Shown in pieces: positions 30,851 through 40,507 of a stretch of DNA of 64,000 nt (the stretch's first letter is position 1; the number at the start of each line of letters is the position of its first letter). This DNA comes from Candidatus Bathyarchaeota archaeon (GTDB taxonomy: Archaea > Thermoproteota > Bathyarchaeia > Bathyarchaeales > Bathycorpusculaceae): NCBI GenBank assembly GCA_963775895.1, contig CAVZKL010000016.1, positions 1 to 64,000 on the forward strand, given 5' to 3'. Both the position numbers and the translations under genes were made by a program. The notes below the pieces were generated by a model. The model was not told the DNA's origin. It was given only the letters and a program-made list of their open reading frames with translations, and did no database searches.

Positions 30851-33676
30851 GTGCAGTTGTCATCAAAGGCCGAGACTTCAACCAAGACGGATTTGATGTA
30901 CGAGATTGTCTACAACCCAGACTTTGTTCCAATTCGCTCAGCAAGAGTCACTGTCAAAACTACGCTAGTGGGCGGCAAAGCTTCCTACCTAATGCAAAAT
31001 CATGTCACTGGAATTTACTATGAACCTGATGAATTGGCCAATCTGATCTGGACTTCAACCGATGGAAAAAGAACTGTAAAAGAAATAGTGGAAGAAGTCC
31101 AGAAACAGAAACCGAAAGTCAAAGAAGATGACGTCACTGGAATATTGCTTTTTTTCGCAGAAGCCAGCCTATTGGTATCAAGTCCTGAACGGTTGAAGAC
31201 TAAAAGGTTCAAGGTAGTCTCAGCCTTTGAAATGGATTTGACATTGATCAACCAAAGTAAGGACTTTATACACTCCATCCACAACAAATTACGTCCAATC
31301 TTGAAGAGATCTTTGCTTTGGGCCGTCGTCATTTTCATAGTCCTGGGAGCAGCGCTGTTTGCAGTCCGATTCGTGAGCATCTTTGGCAACAAATCGAATT
31401 TCCAAATCCTCGGATCAACTGCGGTGGGTTTCTTTTTCTATTATTTTGTGGCGCTTGCCCCCGTAATTGCAATCCACGAGATTTCTCACGGGCTAGCACT
31501 TGTTCATTATGGCGGAGAACCTGGAGAGATGGGTGCGGGAATCTTCTATTTTGGTCCAATGTTCTACACAGAAACCACGGACGTTTGGACCTTGGAGAAA
31601 AGGCACAGGATAATGGTTTTCTTGGCAGGAAACATAAGCACACTCTCGATCGGCTCCATATTCGCATTTATTACGTTTTTTGTAAAGTTTCCGCAACCTG
31701 CTGTGCTCGTGCTGACAATGGTTGCTTTCTATTGCTTCAACATGTCCTTGTTCAACTTCGCTCCCCCCTTTGAGACGGATGGATACTACGTTCTTTCAGA
31801 CTCTTTGGACCTGCCGAACCTGCGTCACGAATCTTACGGATACGTGGGTTCGCTCTTGCGGCGAGCCCTTGGAAGAAAAGCAAAATCGAAAGCTTCGGTG
31901 CTGACGAGGCGAAAAAAGTGGATCCTCATTACGTATGCCGCGGTATCCATAGGATGGATAATTTACATCGTGTTTCAGACCTCGCTCTTTCTCAGTTACA
32001 TGAGCCAAGACATCATGGTCATCGTTTCCAACATTCTTCACACGATTTGGACTTTTCAAGCTGTTCCTGCTTCGATAATACTAGTCGCCGTACTGTCTGT
32101 GCTCTATTTTGGAATGCAAGTTCTCGGATACGGATCGCTTTTCTTGGCTGCTGCTAGAAAGGCAATTCGGAAACCCGTTCGCATCGAGGCGATACCTGAC
32201 AGAGCCGTATCAGTTTTCGCGTATTTGCCGTCGCAGGCTCCAGAATCGCTTTCGAACAACTTGAGAACCAAGATGGAGAAGACAGCGGAAAAGTTCACGC
32301 ATGACTTTGAGATAAGACAAATTGGACGGTCGTGCATTGCAGTTTTGAGAATGGGCGGAACTAGTCTAGCCTTCACTCAAATCAAAGACAACCTCAAGCG
32401 TGTGGAAGACGAGTTCAGAACAGCTTATGAGAAACTGATTCTGCATCACCAAGATCAACTTCAAAAGTCAATAGGGATTTGCTCTTCCGCCAATATGAAA
32501 ATGACTAGATTGCTCGAAAAGGTGGCAAATGAATCCGTCAGTTCAGGCAATTCTGGAGCTCTCGCAATCGTCAATGCGTGCAAAGAGAAGCAGAAAGAGA
32601 CAATCCATTACCTACTCACTTCCTCTTTTGGAACAGTGTGGACAATTGAAGTGCAGCCTGCCCACGAGTATCAGATTCAGAGGGAAATAATGCCCGAAAT
32701 GCTCTTGGAAGACTTAACGTTGACAGATCTTTACGGTGACTGCGAAAACTTCAAGAAGCGTATCGTTTTCGGTTTTGACTCGCTGACGAGATTGGCAGAA
32801 GACACCGAAGCCGGCCTAAAAGAAAGTCTTGCTCAGCCTCAGGAATACCAGCTGGTCGGCGTTTTCGAGCCTATTAGGAGTCGCATCACTTTTGTAGGAA
32901 GGACAGAGCAGTTGGGGAAGAAGCTTGATGTTTTTGCACCGTACTTCTTGGCCGAAACTTGGTCAGGCTACCTGGACAACTTGTTGACAGAAACGTGTTA
33001 TGACATTGACGCCTTGAATAGAGTTCGTCTTCCAACCGCGAAACAGATGAAGGAAATGAGCGTTGGCGAGTTGGCCGTTCTAACCAAAGATCTTTCCGAG
33101 TTCGCGGAAAATCGGGAGCTAGTCGACAAGCGCATTCGAGGGTCAGAAGACACACTTTCCAAGATGAATCAACACATGCAAGAAGTGCGCGATGCGATAA
33201 AGCCCTCTGGGAATTATGAGATTGGGTTGCTGGACGCAGCGTTCAATGTCAACGCCGAAAACCTCGAGGCGATTCCAGTCAGAATAAGAGATTTCCGAAA
33301 ACAATGGAGGACTGTATGCAAAGAACTTGACAGAATTGGAAAGTACGTCACCGATGAATACGAGAAGAGAAGAGGCGAGATCCGTCAAGAGAAGCGCAAG
33401 ATGCTTAATGTATATCCGGCCGTTGTGGCCATTTCAACCCTGATTGCCGCGTGTAGCTTTCTGCCGACTTTTAGCATGTTCCAGATCCCGGTACTTTCAA
33501 TAGCATTAATCGCGCAAGCTTTTTACTGGTTCGTTTTTTATCGTAAGTGGAGATCGTTCCGCCGAGTTTCAAAGTATCCCACTGAAGCTTTCAGTCGTAT
33601 CCATCTTCTCATTCTAGCGTGGACAGAAGCAATCTACGGATACGTCACAACCGGCGACATTCTAGCTCCATTGTGA
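30851..33676 (+). CDS. PqqD/RRE-like domain fused to an M50 (site-2) intramembrane metallopeptidase and a large C-terminal domain
   Basis: YYEPDELANLIW..TDGKRTVKEI (RRE-like), HEISH, NFAPPFETDG, multiple TMs, about 430-aa soluble region with coiled coil, two terminal TMs. Confidence 0.85.
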   Translation: MQLSSKAETSTKTDLMYEIVYNPDFVPIRSARVTVKTTLVGGKASYLMQNHVTGIYYEPDELANLIWTSTDGKRTVKEIVEEVQKQKPKVKEDDVTGILLFFAEASLLVSSPERLKTKRFKVVSAFEMDLTLINQSKDFIHSIHNKLRPILKRSLLWAVVIFIVLGAALFAVRFVSIFGNKSNFQILGSTAVGFFFYYFVALAPVIAIHEISHGLALVHYGGEPGEMGAGIFYFGPMFYTETTDVWTLEKRHRIMVFLAGNISTLSIGSIFAFITFFVKFPQPAVLVLTMVAFYCFNMSLFNFAPPFETDGYYVLSDSLDLPNLRHESYGYVGSLLRRALGRKAKSKASVLTRRKKWILITYAAVSIGWIIYIVFQTSLFLSYMSQDIMVIVSNILHTIWTFQAVPASIILVAVLSVLYFGMQVLGYGSLFLAAARKAIRKPVRIEAIPDRAVSVFAYLPSQAPESLSNNLRTKMEKTAEKFTHDFEIRQIGRSCIAVLRMGGTSLAFTQIKDNLKRVEDEFRTAYEKLILHHQDQLQKSIGICSSANMKMTRLLEKVANESVSSGNSGALAIVNACKEKQKETIHYLLTSSFGTVWTIEVQPAHEYQIQREIMPEMLLEDLTLTDLYGDCENFKKRIVFGFDSLTRLAEDTEAGLKESLAQPQEYQLVGVFEPIRSRITFVGRTEQLGKKLDVFAPYFLAETWSGYLDNLLTETCYDIDALNRVRLPTAKQMKEMSVGELAVLTKDLSEFAENRELVDKRIRGSEDTLSKMNQHMQEVRDAIKPSGNYEIGLLDAAFNVNAENLEAIPVRIRDFRKQWRTVCKELDRIGKYVTDEYEKRRGEIRQEKRKMLNVYPAVVAISTLIAACSFLPTFSMFQIPVLSIALIAQAFYWFVFYRKWRSFRRVSKYPTEAFSRIHLLILAWTEAIYGYVTTGDILAPL

Positions 33677-33736
33677 AGACGCAAAAAAAGGAAATAAACC
33701 CTAAAAAGGGCGGTTTTGCGCGTAGATAGTTCCTCC

Positions 33737-33997
33737 CTACTCCACTTTTGTTGGTGTATGAGTGCCTAACTTTGTTGCTACGTGGGTGCCTAACTTTGTT
33801 GGTGTATGAGTGCCTAACTTTGTTGCTACGTGGGTGCCTAACTTTGTTGGTGTATGAGTGCCTAACTTTGTTGCTACGTGGGTGCCTAACTTTGTTGGTG
33901 TATGAGTGCCTAGTCTTACCGCCATTTTTGTGGGTTCTCTGAGCTCTGGAACGACTCTCACCTTCTCGTCAGGCTTAACAACCTTTTTTTCTTTCAT
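33737..33997 (-). CDS. Repetitive precursor-like peptide: 28-aa leader + 7 x LGTH(TP/VA)TK + VE
   Basis: GGAGGTGA Shine-Dalgarno 7 nt before ATG, in-frame repeats, T-tract downstream. Confidence 0.85.
   Translation of the reverse strand: MKEKKVVKPDEKVRVVPELREPTKMAVRLGTHTPTKLGTHVATKLGTHTPTKLGTHVATKLGTHTPTKLGTHVATKLGTHTPTKVE
33747..33912. repeat. Tandem repeat, 48-bp unit x about 3.5 (two alternating 24-bp units)
   Basis: tttgttggtgtatgagtgcctaac alternating with tttgttgctacgtgggtgcctaac. Confidence 0.97.
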
Positions 33998-34004
33998 TCA
34001 GTTT

Positions 34005-34063
34005 TCACCTCCAATTAGAGCGCTTTTCACACACTTCATGTAAGTGGCGATTTAATTTAAAAG
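34005..34063 (-). promoter_or_regulatory. Shine-Dalgarno and TATA-like box of the repeat peptide gene
   Basis: GGAGGTGA at 34012-34005; TTTTAAATTAAA at about 34062-34051. Confidence 0.6.
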
Positions 34064-34087
34064 ATTGTTTGAAGATCATGATATACA

Positions 34088-34116
34088 CGTAACAGTAAGA
34101 CTTTTCTTACGATACG
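34088..34116. promoter_or_regulatory. Inverted repeat, candidate operator
   Basis: GTAAGA-cttt-TCTTAC with outer CGTA/TACG, between the divergent peptide and AbrB genes. Confidence 0.5.
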
Positions 34117-34158
34117 AACATATGAGTGATCTAAGCAGCAAAAGGTGGACATTGGAAG

Positions 34159-34362
34159 ATGAAGCGAGAACCAAAGGCTGAAACTGAAGGAACAGTGGAG
34201 GCGATTTTTAGGGGTCAATCAAGGATGACGGCTCGGGGGCAGATAACCGTGCCCACCGAAGTGAGGAAGAAGTTTGGACTGAGACCTGGAGATATCTTGT
34301 GTTTTTTGGAGATGGAAGGAACAGTCATTCTTAAGCTAGGACCCCTCGTACTCACCGAATAG
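34159..34362 (+). CDS. AbrB/MazE/SpoVT DNA-binding protein
   Basis: SRMTARGQITVPTEVRKKFGLRPGD. Confidence 0.92.
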   Translation: MKREPKAETEGTVEAIFRGQSRMTARGQITVPTEVRKKFGLRPGDILCFLEMEGTVILKLGPLVLTE

Positions 34363-34406
34363 TCTTTTTCAGATGTATGTTGCCCGCGCGAGCGCGCGCG
34401 CCAATT

Positions 34407-37019
34407 CTAGCTACTGGTGGTGGAGGGCTCGCCAGTAGGGTATAACGCATTAGAGGGCTTTTCGATCTCAATCAACAGTAAATTCAGCTTCTCGACGTTG
34501 ATTCTACTGCCGAGCTTCTCGTACAATTTCTTTGCCTTTTCAATCTGTGCTCTTGCGGCGGAGAGTTTTCGTTGTCTTCCAAGGGCCCAAGCATAGTCGG
34601 TCCTAGCCATTGCTTCATGCAAAACCGGGGCCATAGCCCCGCTTAGCAACTCAAAAAACTTTTCAAAATGGCTATTTGCTTCATCCCATTGACCTTTGGC
34701 TGCAAATATGACGGCTTCCGTGCGAGCACCTACCGCTTGGGCCAGTTTACTTGATCCACGACTGGTAGCCGCATAGGATTTGGTGAATTTCTCCATATAT
34801 TCCTCCAAGCGTTTAAGCTCTCCGAGTTTTGCATAATCTCTTGCGATGTTCGAGTAGATCATACTTTGAATGTAGTACGAATCCGTTTTCTCCGCATATT
34901 TGAGTCCCTTGAGTGAGTCATCAAGCGCTTCTTTTAGCTCGCCCAAGGATTCGTGAAGCAAACCCGAATACAGTCTGGCCCAAGCCATTCTGTTATACTC
35001 GCCTATTTTCTCCCCTATCCTGATCACTTTATCCCAGCTATCAAGAGCCTCCTGATGAGAACCACGCGTGAATTGAGCGTTTCCCATCCAGAAATAAGCC
35101 TCGGTCTCTTTGCGCGAGTTTCCTATTTTTTCGTATAATTCGATCGCGCGTTGGAGAAAACGGACAGATTCTTCACCTTGAGAGTTCGCCACGTAAACAG
35201 ATCCAATTTCCAGCAACGCATCGGCCACGTCAGGATCAGAGTTCTTCTCCTCAAAAATCTGCAGGCAGTTCTCCAATTCGTTCAACGCACTTGCTATTGA
35301 AATGTTACCTCTGAAGGTATTGGTTTTTGTCCTGTACATTTGAACCCTTGCGTATTCTAGACTACTAAAACGAGAGTCTTTCTCAGCTTGGTCCGCCAAT
35401 TCCAATGCATGGGGCATGTCCCCCCTGTTGAAAGAAGCAGTCATAGCCTTCCTAAGAGCGCGAAGTCTCAACTCACCCGATTCCGAGATGTTGCTCAATA
35501 ACTCGAGTTTTTTCGCAGCTCCCTCAAATCTACCCATGGCTGAAAGGGCATCTCCTAGCCCTTCTAGAGCAGTAAGTCTCTCAGCAGCGTATTTCGGATC
35601 CTCCGATGTAATTTTCAGTACATATTCGAAATGCTTTACAGCTTCGCTATTACTGAACCTTTTCAGAGCATCTTCACCAGCCGCGATACTGTACGGTATC
35701 GATTTTTCCCTGTTTCCTGCTTGACCGTAGTGAAATGCCAAGTCGTTGACCGGCAATTCTGTGGCTTGCATACTGAAATTCTCTATTTTCTCCGCGACTC
35801 TCTCGTGATACTCGCGCTTTAGAGGTGCAGACATTTCCTCGTATAGGACTTCACGAAACTTGGCGTGACCAAACTTGTACACGTTCTCAACTGGATGAAT
35901 CAAAAGAGTCGAGCGTGCGATTACGTTCAGAGTCTCCAGAACAGTCAATCTATCTTCAGATAGAACTGCTCCGAGCAGTGATGGATCAAACCGTTCTCCA
36001 ATCGCAGATCCTAGATCAAGCATTCTCCTTTGAACCGTGTTCAAGCGGTTTAGCCGATACAGTATAACGTCTTTCACTTTTGTTGGTATATCCAGTTCCT
36101 TTGCATCAAGACACCATGTGCCATCTTTACAGACTAGGCCACCGGATTCAATAAGCATCCTAACGGATTCGACTGCAAAAAGCGGGTTCCCTTGGGTGTC
36201 TCTTGAAAGTTTTTCGACAAATTCCGGTTCAATCGCCCCGTTGACCATCAGCTCAGCAAGCTTCTCGACGTCAGGCTTGTCTAGGTTGAGGATTTTTATC
36301 TCGGCGAACAGATCTTCACGCCTCATCAATTGCAGGGTTTCACCCAATGGATTAGGATGCCCTTCGTAGTCCTGACTCACTTCTTCAATTCGAAAAGTAC
36401 CTATTATGAGAATCTTCGAGGGCCTAATAGCGCGTGACGCATAATGAAGCAACGCTAAAGAGGCAGAGTCGGCCCAATGAAGGTCATCAATGAACAGAAC
36501 TAAGGGTTTCTCCGCCGAAATTGAAAGTAGGGCGCTCAACACAGCCGCATACGTCTTGTCTTTCCTGATTTCGGCGCTCAACCCCGGTTGAGTGTTTGTT
36601 GTCTTGTGGTGCTTTGGGCCTTTGAGCCACCCTGTTATTCCAATGGGTTCAGCCTCGAACACCTCATTTCCCTTCAACCAGCCCACTATTCCTAGATACT
36701 CCTTTGCAGATTTGTTGGCATCTTGATCTTGACCATAAGAGTGGAGGGTGTTGAAAGCTTCTATGAAGGGAAAGTATGGGATTGGAGTTCTACTGATGCA
36801 AAATCCCGTCAAAACACTGACGTTCTTCTCTCTGATCGTCTTCAAAAATTCCTTCACAAGTCTAGTCTTTCCAGCTCCAGCTTCACCGAAAACAAACACA
36901 GTGGCGCCTATTCCCGAAGACGCCGAATCAAATAGCCTTTTCAGTTGTTGAAATTCCGGCTCTCTGCCGACAAACGTAGGCTCAGTGAGCATTGAAGGCG
37001 TGTAAGGATTTTCAGCCAT
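34407..37019 (-). CDS. P-loop ATPase (AAA_16/STAND-like) with C-terminal TPR array
   Basis: FVGRE, GEAGAGKT, FIDDLHWAD, GNPLF, many TPR-like helical repeats. Confidence 0.88.
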   Translation of the reverse strand: MAENPYTPSMLTEPTFVGREPEFQQLKRLFDSASSGIGATVFVFGEAGAGKTRLVKEFLKTIREKNVSVLTGFCISRTPIPYFPFIEAFNTLHSYGQDQDANKSAKEYLGIVGWLKGNEVFEAEPIGITGWLKGPKHHKTTNTQPGLSAEIRKDKTYAAVLSALLSISAEKPLVLFIDDLHWADSASLALLHYASRAIRPSKILIIGTFRIEEVSQDYEGHPNPLGETLQLMRREDLFAEIKILNLDKPDVEKLAELMVNGAIEPEFVEKLSRDTQGNPLFAVESVRMLIESGGLVCKDGTWCLDAKELDIPTKVKDVILYRLNRLNTVQRRMLDLGSAIGERFDPSLLGAVLSEDRLTVLETLNVIARSTLLIHPVENVYKFGHAKFREVLYEEMSAPLKREYHERVAEKIENFSMQATELPVNDLAFHYGQAGNREKSIPYSIAAGEDALKRFSNSEAVKHFEYVLKITSEDPKYAAERLTALEGLGDALSAMGRFEGAAKKLELLSNISESGELRLRALRKAMTASFNRGDMPHALELADQAEKDSRFSSLEYARVQMYRTKTNTFRGNISIASALNELENCLQIFEEKNSDPDVADALLEIGSVYVANSQGEESVRFLQRAIELYEKIGNSRKETEAYFWMGNAQFTRGSHQEALDSWDKVIRIGEKIGEYNRMAWARLYSGLLHESLGELKEALDDSLKGLKYAEKTDSYYIQSMIYSNIARDYAKLGELKRLEEYMEKFTKSYAATSRGSSKLAQAVGARTEAVIFAAKGQWDEANSHFEKFFELLSGAMAPVLHEAMARTDYAWALGRQRKLSAARAQIEKAKKLYEKLGSRINVEKLNLLLIEIEKPSNALYPTGEPSTTSS

Positions 37020-37240
37020 AGCGCGCGCCTCATTCTACTATTTGGGCCCCTGCTGCAATTAAACCTTGAGCTTCACTTACGTGTCACTTGCCAACTAGCG
37101 CTTTGTTTCTTTGCGGATAAAAGTTCTCTCTGGCAATAACCAATGTCTATGAGTCATCTGACTGCATATTGTGATTCGTTCTCATCTTACTATCACAAAG
37201 TCTTTAAACCACAAGGTAAATTACAGAAAGGGGACAACTC

Positions 37241-38146
37241 GTGCAAAATTCCAAGGTAAAAAGATCTGGAGATGACCAGCCTACAACACTGGTGGTTGGA
37301 GCTACTGGAGAACTTGGAGGCGCGATCGCTAGGATGCTTCTTGCGCAGAAGCGACATGTGCGTTGTTTGGTAAGGCAGCACTCGAAATATCAGCCTCTCG
37401 TGGAAGCTGGAGCAGAGATCGTGTGGGGAGATCTGAAGGATCGGAAGTCTCTTGACCCTGGATGTGCAGGAGTCGAAACAGTCATTACAACTGCGAACTC
37501 GGCTAGGCGTGGTGGTCAGGACAATCCGAAGACGGTGGATCTTGAAGGAAACCGCAATTTGATTGACGCTGCCAAAAATGCGGGAGTAAAACACTTCATA
37601 TTCATCTCGGCCAATACCGCTGATGCGCACAGTCCTGTACCATTTCTTCAAGCCAAAGGAAAAACTGAAGAACATCTTCGCGAAAGCGGGATGAAATATA
37701 CCATCATTGCCCCTGACGCTTACATGGAGTTCTGGGTTGCGAACATCGTGGGATTGCCAGCATTGAATGGGCAGCCTGTAACCATCGTTGGTGATGGTCA
37801 GCGAAAACATTCCTTTGTCTCAGCTGCAGACGTTGCAAAGATAGCTCTTGCCTCCGTCAACAATCCCAAAGCGATGAATCAGCGACTACTAATCGGTGGT
37901 CCCCAACCAGTTTCATTCCTCGACATCGTAGCCGTTTATGAGCGTGCTCTGAGCCGCAAGATTACGGTTAACCATGTAGCTCCAGGTCAATCCGTGCCTG
38001 GTCTCAGTGAGGAACTGGTGGCGTTGCTGACCGGCTTCGATATGTATGATTCACCCATAAATATGACGGAGATCACTCGCACCTATGGCGTTAAACCCAC
38101 TTCGGTTGAGGAATTTGCAAAGAACATGGTTGCAGGTTCCAAATAG
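37241..38146 (+). CDS. NmrA-like atypical SDR
   Basis: VVGATGELG, GDL, K..TEEHL.ESG..YTII. Confidence 0.88.
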   Translation: MQNSKVKRSGDDQPTTLVVGATGELGGAIARMLLAQKRHVRCLVRQHSKYQPLVEAGAEIVWGDLKDRKSLDPGCAGVETVITTANSARRGGQDNPKTVDLEGNRNLIDAAKNAGVKHFIFISANTADAHSPVPFLQAKGKTEEHLRESGMKYTIIAPDAYMEFWVANIVGLPALNGQPVTIVGDGQRKHSFVSAADVAKIALASVNNPKAMNQRLLIGGPQPVSFLDIVAVYERALSRKITVNHVAPGQSVPGLSEELVALLTGFDMYDSPINMTEITRTYGVKPTSVEEFAKNMVAGSK

Positions 38147-38484
38147 CGCGCGCTAGCCTGTTTGATAATCAATTAGGTAAATCACGCGCGTTTAGTATAT
38201 CCATAAGAAGGCTTTTCAGATACTTGTTGTTAACTTCTATTAGTCCACAGGTTTATCAGGGGCGTAGCGTGCGCGAGTGACAGTCTGTATGTCAACCACC
38301 ATTGACACCCAGAAGACAAGATAGGGTATGTTGAGTATTAAAGACTACATCATAACCCACGAAAAGAACATGAGGCAGAAAAAGTGCGTGCGCGCGCGCA
38401 AGATCTCTCCACAAACGATATTTGACCGAAGAGACTATCTAGAGACGCTCGCGCGAAATACGAATGTCAGAGGCGGTGTAAGAA

Positions 38485-39063
38485 ATGAGTGACAAATCAC
38501 CTAGTAAAAGTTTAATCGATGAGTTACCAGGCGCAGTGAAAGAGAACCTTTCCTCTGGAGAGGAAGTGATCCGTTACCTAAAAACTTTCGAAGTAGTTGA
38601 AAGACCCGACTACATCATACTCACAAACCTCCGTGTTGCCTATTTCGATGAGAGACATCTGGGTCGCTACGTCTTCAAGTCCATACCGTTCGAGAAGCTA
38701 CTCCAAATAAGGGCGGGTCGAGGTGCCGTGCTGTGGGGAGAAATCTCCTTCGAGAGCGAGGATGGCACCGTGATTCTATTGGAGAGGGTCGCGCGCCGCG
38801 ACATAGAAGGCTTCATAGACGCCCTGGAAACCGCATATAACAGCATAGCCGTGGAGCCGATATCAATAAAACATGAAAAGGATCTGCTCGGCAAGGCGAC
38901 ATGGGAGTTCAACAAGCCCGCAGAGATGATTGTCCGGCAACGGTCTTCCGATCAGCCTAAACCATCTGAGGATCCGCTAGATCAGCTAAAAATGAGGTTC
39001 ATCAGAGGGGAGATATCCGAAGAGGAGTACAAGGCTAAACTTCGTGTACTGCAAGAGAAGTGA
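38485..39063 (+). CDS. PH-domain + SHOCT protein
   Basis: ILTNLRV; LKMRFIRGEISEEEY. Confidence 0.8.
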   Translation: MSDKSPSKSLIDELPGAVKENLSSGEEVIRYLKTFEVVERPDYIILTNLRVAYFDERHLGRYVFKSIPFEKLLQIRAGRGAVLWGEISFESEDGTVILLERVARRDIEGFIDALETAYNSIAVEPISIKHEKDLLGKATWEFNKPAEMIVRQRSSDQPKPSEDPLDQLKMRFIRGEISEEEYKAKLRVLQEK

Positions 39064-39328
39064 ACGTGTTCTCATTGCCGTTTGTTCTGCCATCATTCAT
39101 AATTGCCGTAGCAAGAGTGACTGTTCCTTGGTCCAGAACAAAACACAGACCAAAAAACCCAACGAAAAGTATGAATCCGACAAGGCTAAAAATACGCAAG
39201 CCCCTTGCTTTGTTTCGTTCTTCTCTGATTTTCTCTTGAAAGGCTACTATGCGCGCGCTTGCTCGTTCAGACATGAAGCCACCAATTTCCTTTGATCGTA
39301 GGTCCCTATTCTGATTCTTAGTCGTTTG

Positions 39329-39356
39329 GGTTTGGGATAAAACTTTACCCCAAACC
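39329..39356 (+). repeat. 28-bp 11-6-11 palindromic site, copy A
   Basis: GGTTTGGGATA-AAACTT-TACCCCAAACC. Confidence 0.85.
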
Positions 39357-39370
39357 AAACTTTTATAAAA

Positions 39371-40321
39371 ATGAACATGTTGTCATCACTCATGGAAAGT
39401 TTTGTCGATAACTTGTTTGTTCGCTTAAGAGTGCGTGGCTTTCAGGCACGAATTGTCTCTGTCTCTCATTTGCAGGAGATGCAGAAAGAGATAGAAAGCC
39501 TTCGTAGTCACGCCTTCCTTGATGCTCAGTTCTATCAAGACCGCCTTGCTTGGTTCAACTTCCAAATTCCTGAAGACCTGCCGAAAGCACAATCCTTGAT
39601 TGTTGTAGCTGTCCCAAGACCCCAGACTCGAGCGATTTTTATCTGGAATGGACAGCGACGTCCACTGATTCTTCCTCCTACTTACACAGCATATGATGAA
39701 ATAGCAAAACAAGTTGAAAATCTTCTGACAAAAATATTCAGAGAAAAAGGTTACAAATCTGCAAGAACGGCACTACCCCTTAAACTACTGGCAGCTCGAA
39801 GTGGTCTCGTTCAATACGGCAGGAACAATATTTGCTATGTCTCTGGGCTGGGAAGTTTTCTCCAGCTCGTAGCCGTCTATTCTGATATGCCTTGTGAAGA
39901 AGACTCTTGGCAGGAAGCAACGATGATGAAGAGCTGCGAGGAATGTGAACTGTGTCGCCGAGCTTGCCCCACAGAAGCTATTCCTTCTGACCGCTTCCTT
40001 CTGCGTGCTGAACGATGCATTCCGTATCATAATGAAAAGAAAGGCGACGTTCCGTTTCCAAAGAGGATGGATGCTTCGTGGCATAACTGCGTCGTAGGAT
40101 GTGTGCGCTGCCAAAGAGTCTGTCCACAGAACAAAGAAGTTATGCAATGGACAGGAGAAGAAGCGGAATTTTCCGAGGAAGAGACCGCTCTGCTCTTAGA
40201 AGGTTTACCATATGACAAACTGCCGGCCACAGCACAAAGGAAACTGGAGCGTCTGAGTCTAGTGGACTACCTCGACAGTCTTCCTCGCAACTTGGGCATT
40301 TTCTTCAAGAAACGTGAGTAG
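39371..40321 (+). CDS. QueG/reductive-dehalogenase-like 4Fe-4S dicluster protein
   Basis: KLLAARSGL..YGRNN, CEECELCRRACP, CVVGCVRCQRVCP. Confidence 0.8.
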   Translation: MNMLSSLMESFVDNLFVRLRVRGFQARIVSVSHLQEMQKEIESLRSHAFLDAQFYQDRLAWFNFQIPEDLPKAQSLIVVAVPRPQTRAIFIWNGQRRPLILPPTYTAYDEIAKQVENLLTKIFREKGYKSARTALPLKLLAARSGLVQYGRNNICYVSGLGSFLQLVAVYSDMPCEEDSWQEATMMKSCEECELCRRACPTEAIPSDRFLLRAERCIPYHNEKKGDVPFPKRMDASWHNCVVGCVRCQRVCPQNKEVMQWTGEEAEFSEEETALLLEGLPYDKLPATAQRKLERLSLVDYLDSLPRNLGIFFKKRE

Positions 40322-40347
40322 TCCAAATTCAAGTGAGTTCTCTGTGT

Positions 40348-40375
40348 GTTTGGGGGTAAAGTTTTATCCAAACTA
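40348..40375 (-). repeat. 28-bp palindromic site, copy B
   Basis: TAGTTTGGATA-AAACTT-TACCCCCAAAC. Confidence 0.8.
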
Positions 40376-40507
40376 AATGTGGTCAAAGTCGTCGGTCAAG
40401 CTTCGACACCATTGAGCAATTTCGAGCAGATGCCAAAAGTAATCATTTGGAGTCGCATCGCAAGATATTTCAATCTGAGTTGCCCGAGACAAGGTAGAGA
40501 ATGGGAA

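Noticed and set aside
33747-33912. CRISPR array
   Set aside because: Units are contiguous without unique spacers, keep a reading frame, and no cas genes are present
33748-33942. Plus-strand Cys-containing repeat ORF (LVYECLTL/LLRGCLTL) as the real precursor
   Set aside because: TTG start inside the repeat and no SD or leader; the minus-strand ORF has ATG, GGAGGTGA and a leader
34159-34362. Toxin-antitoxin module
   Set aside because: No PIN, MazF or other toxin gene is adjacent
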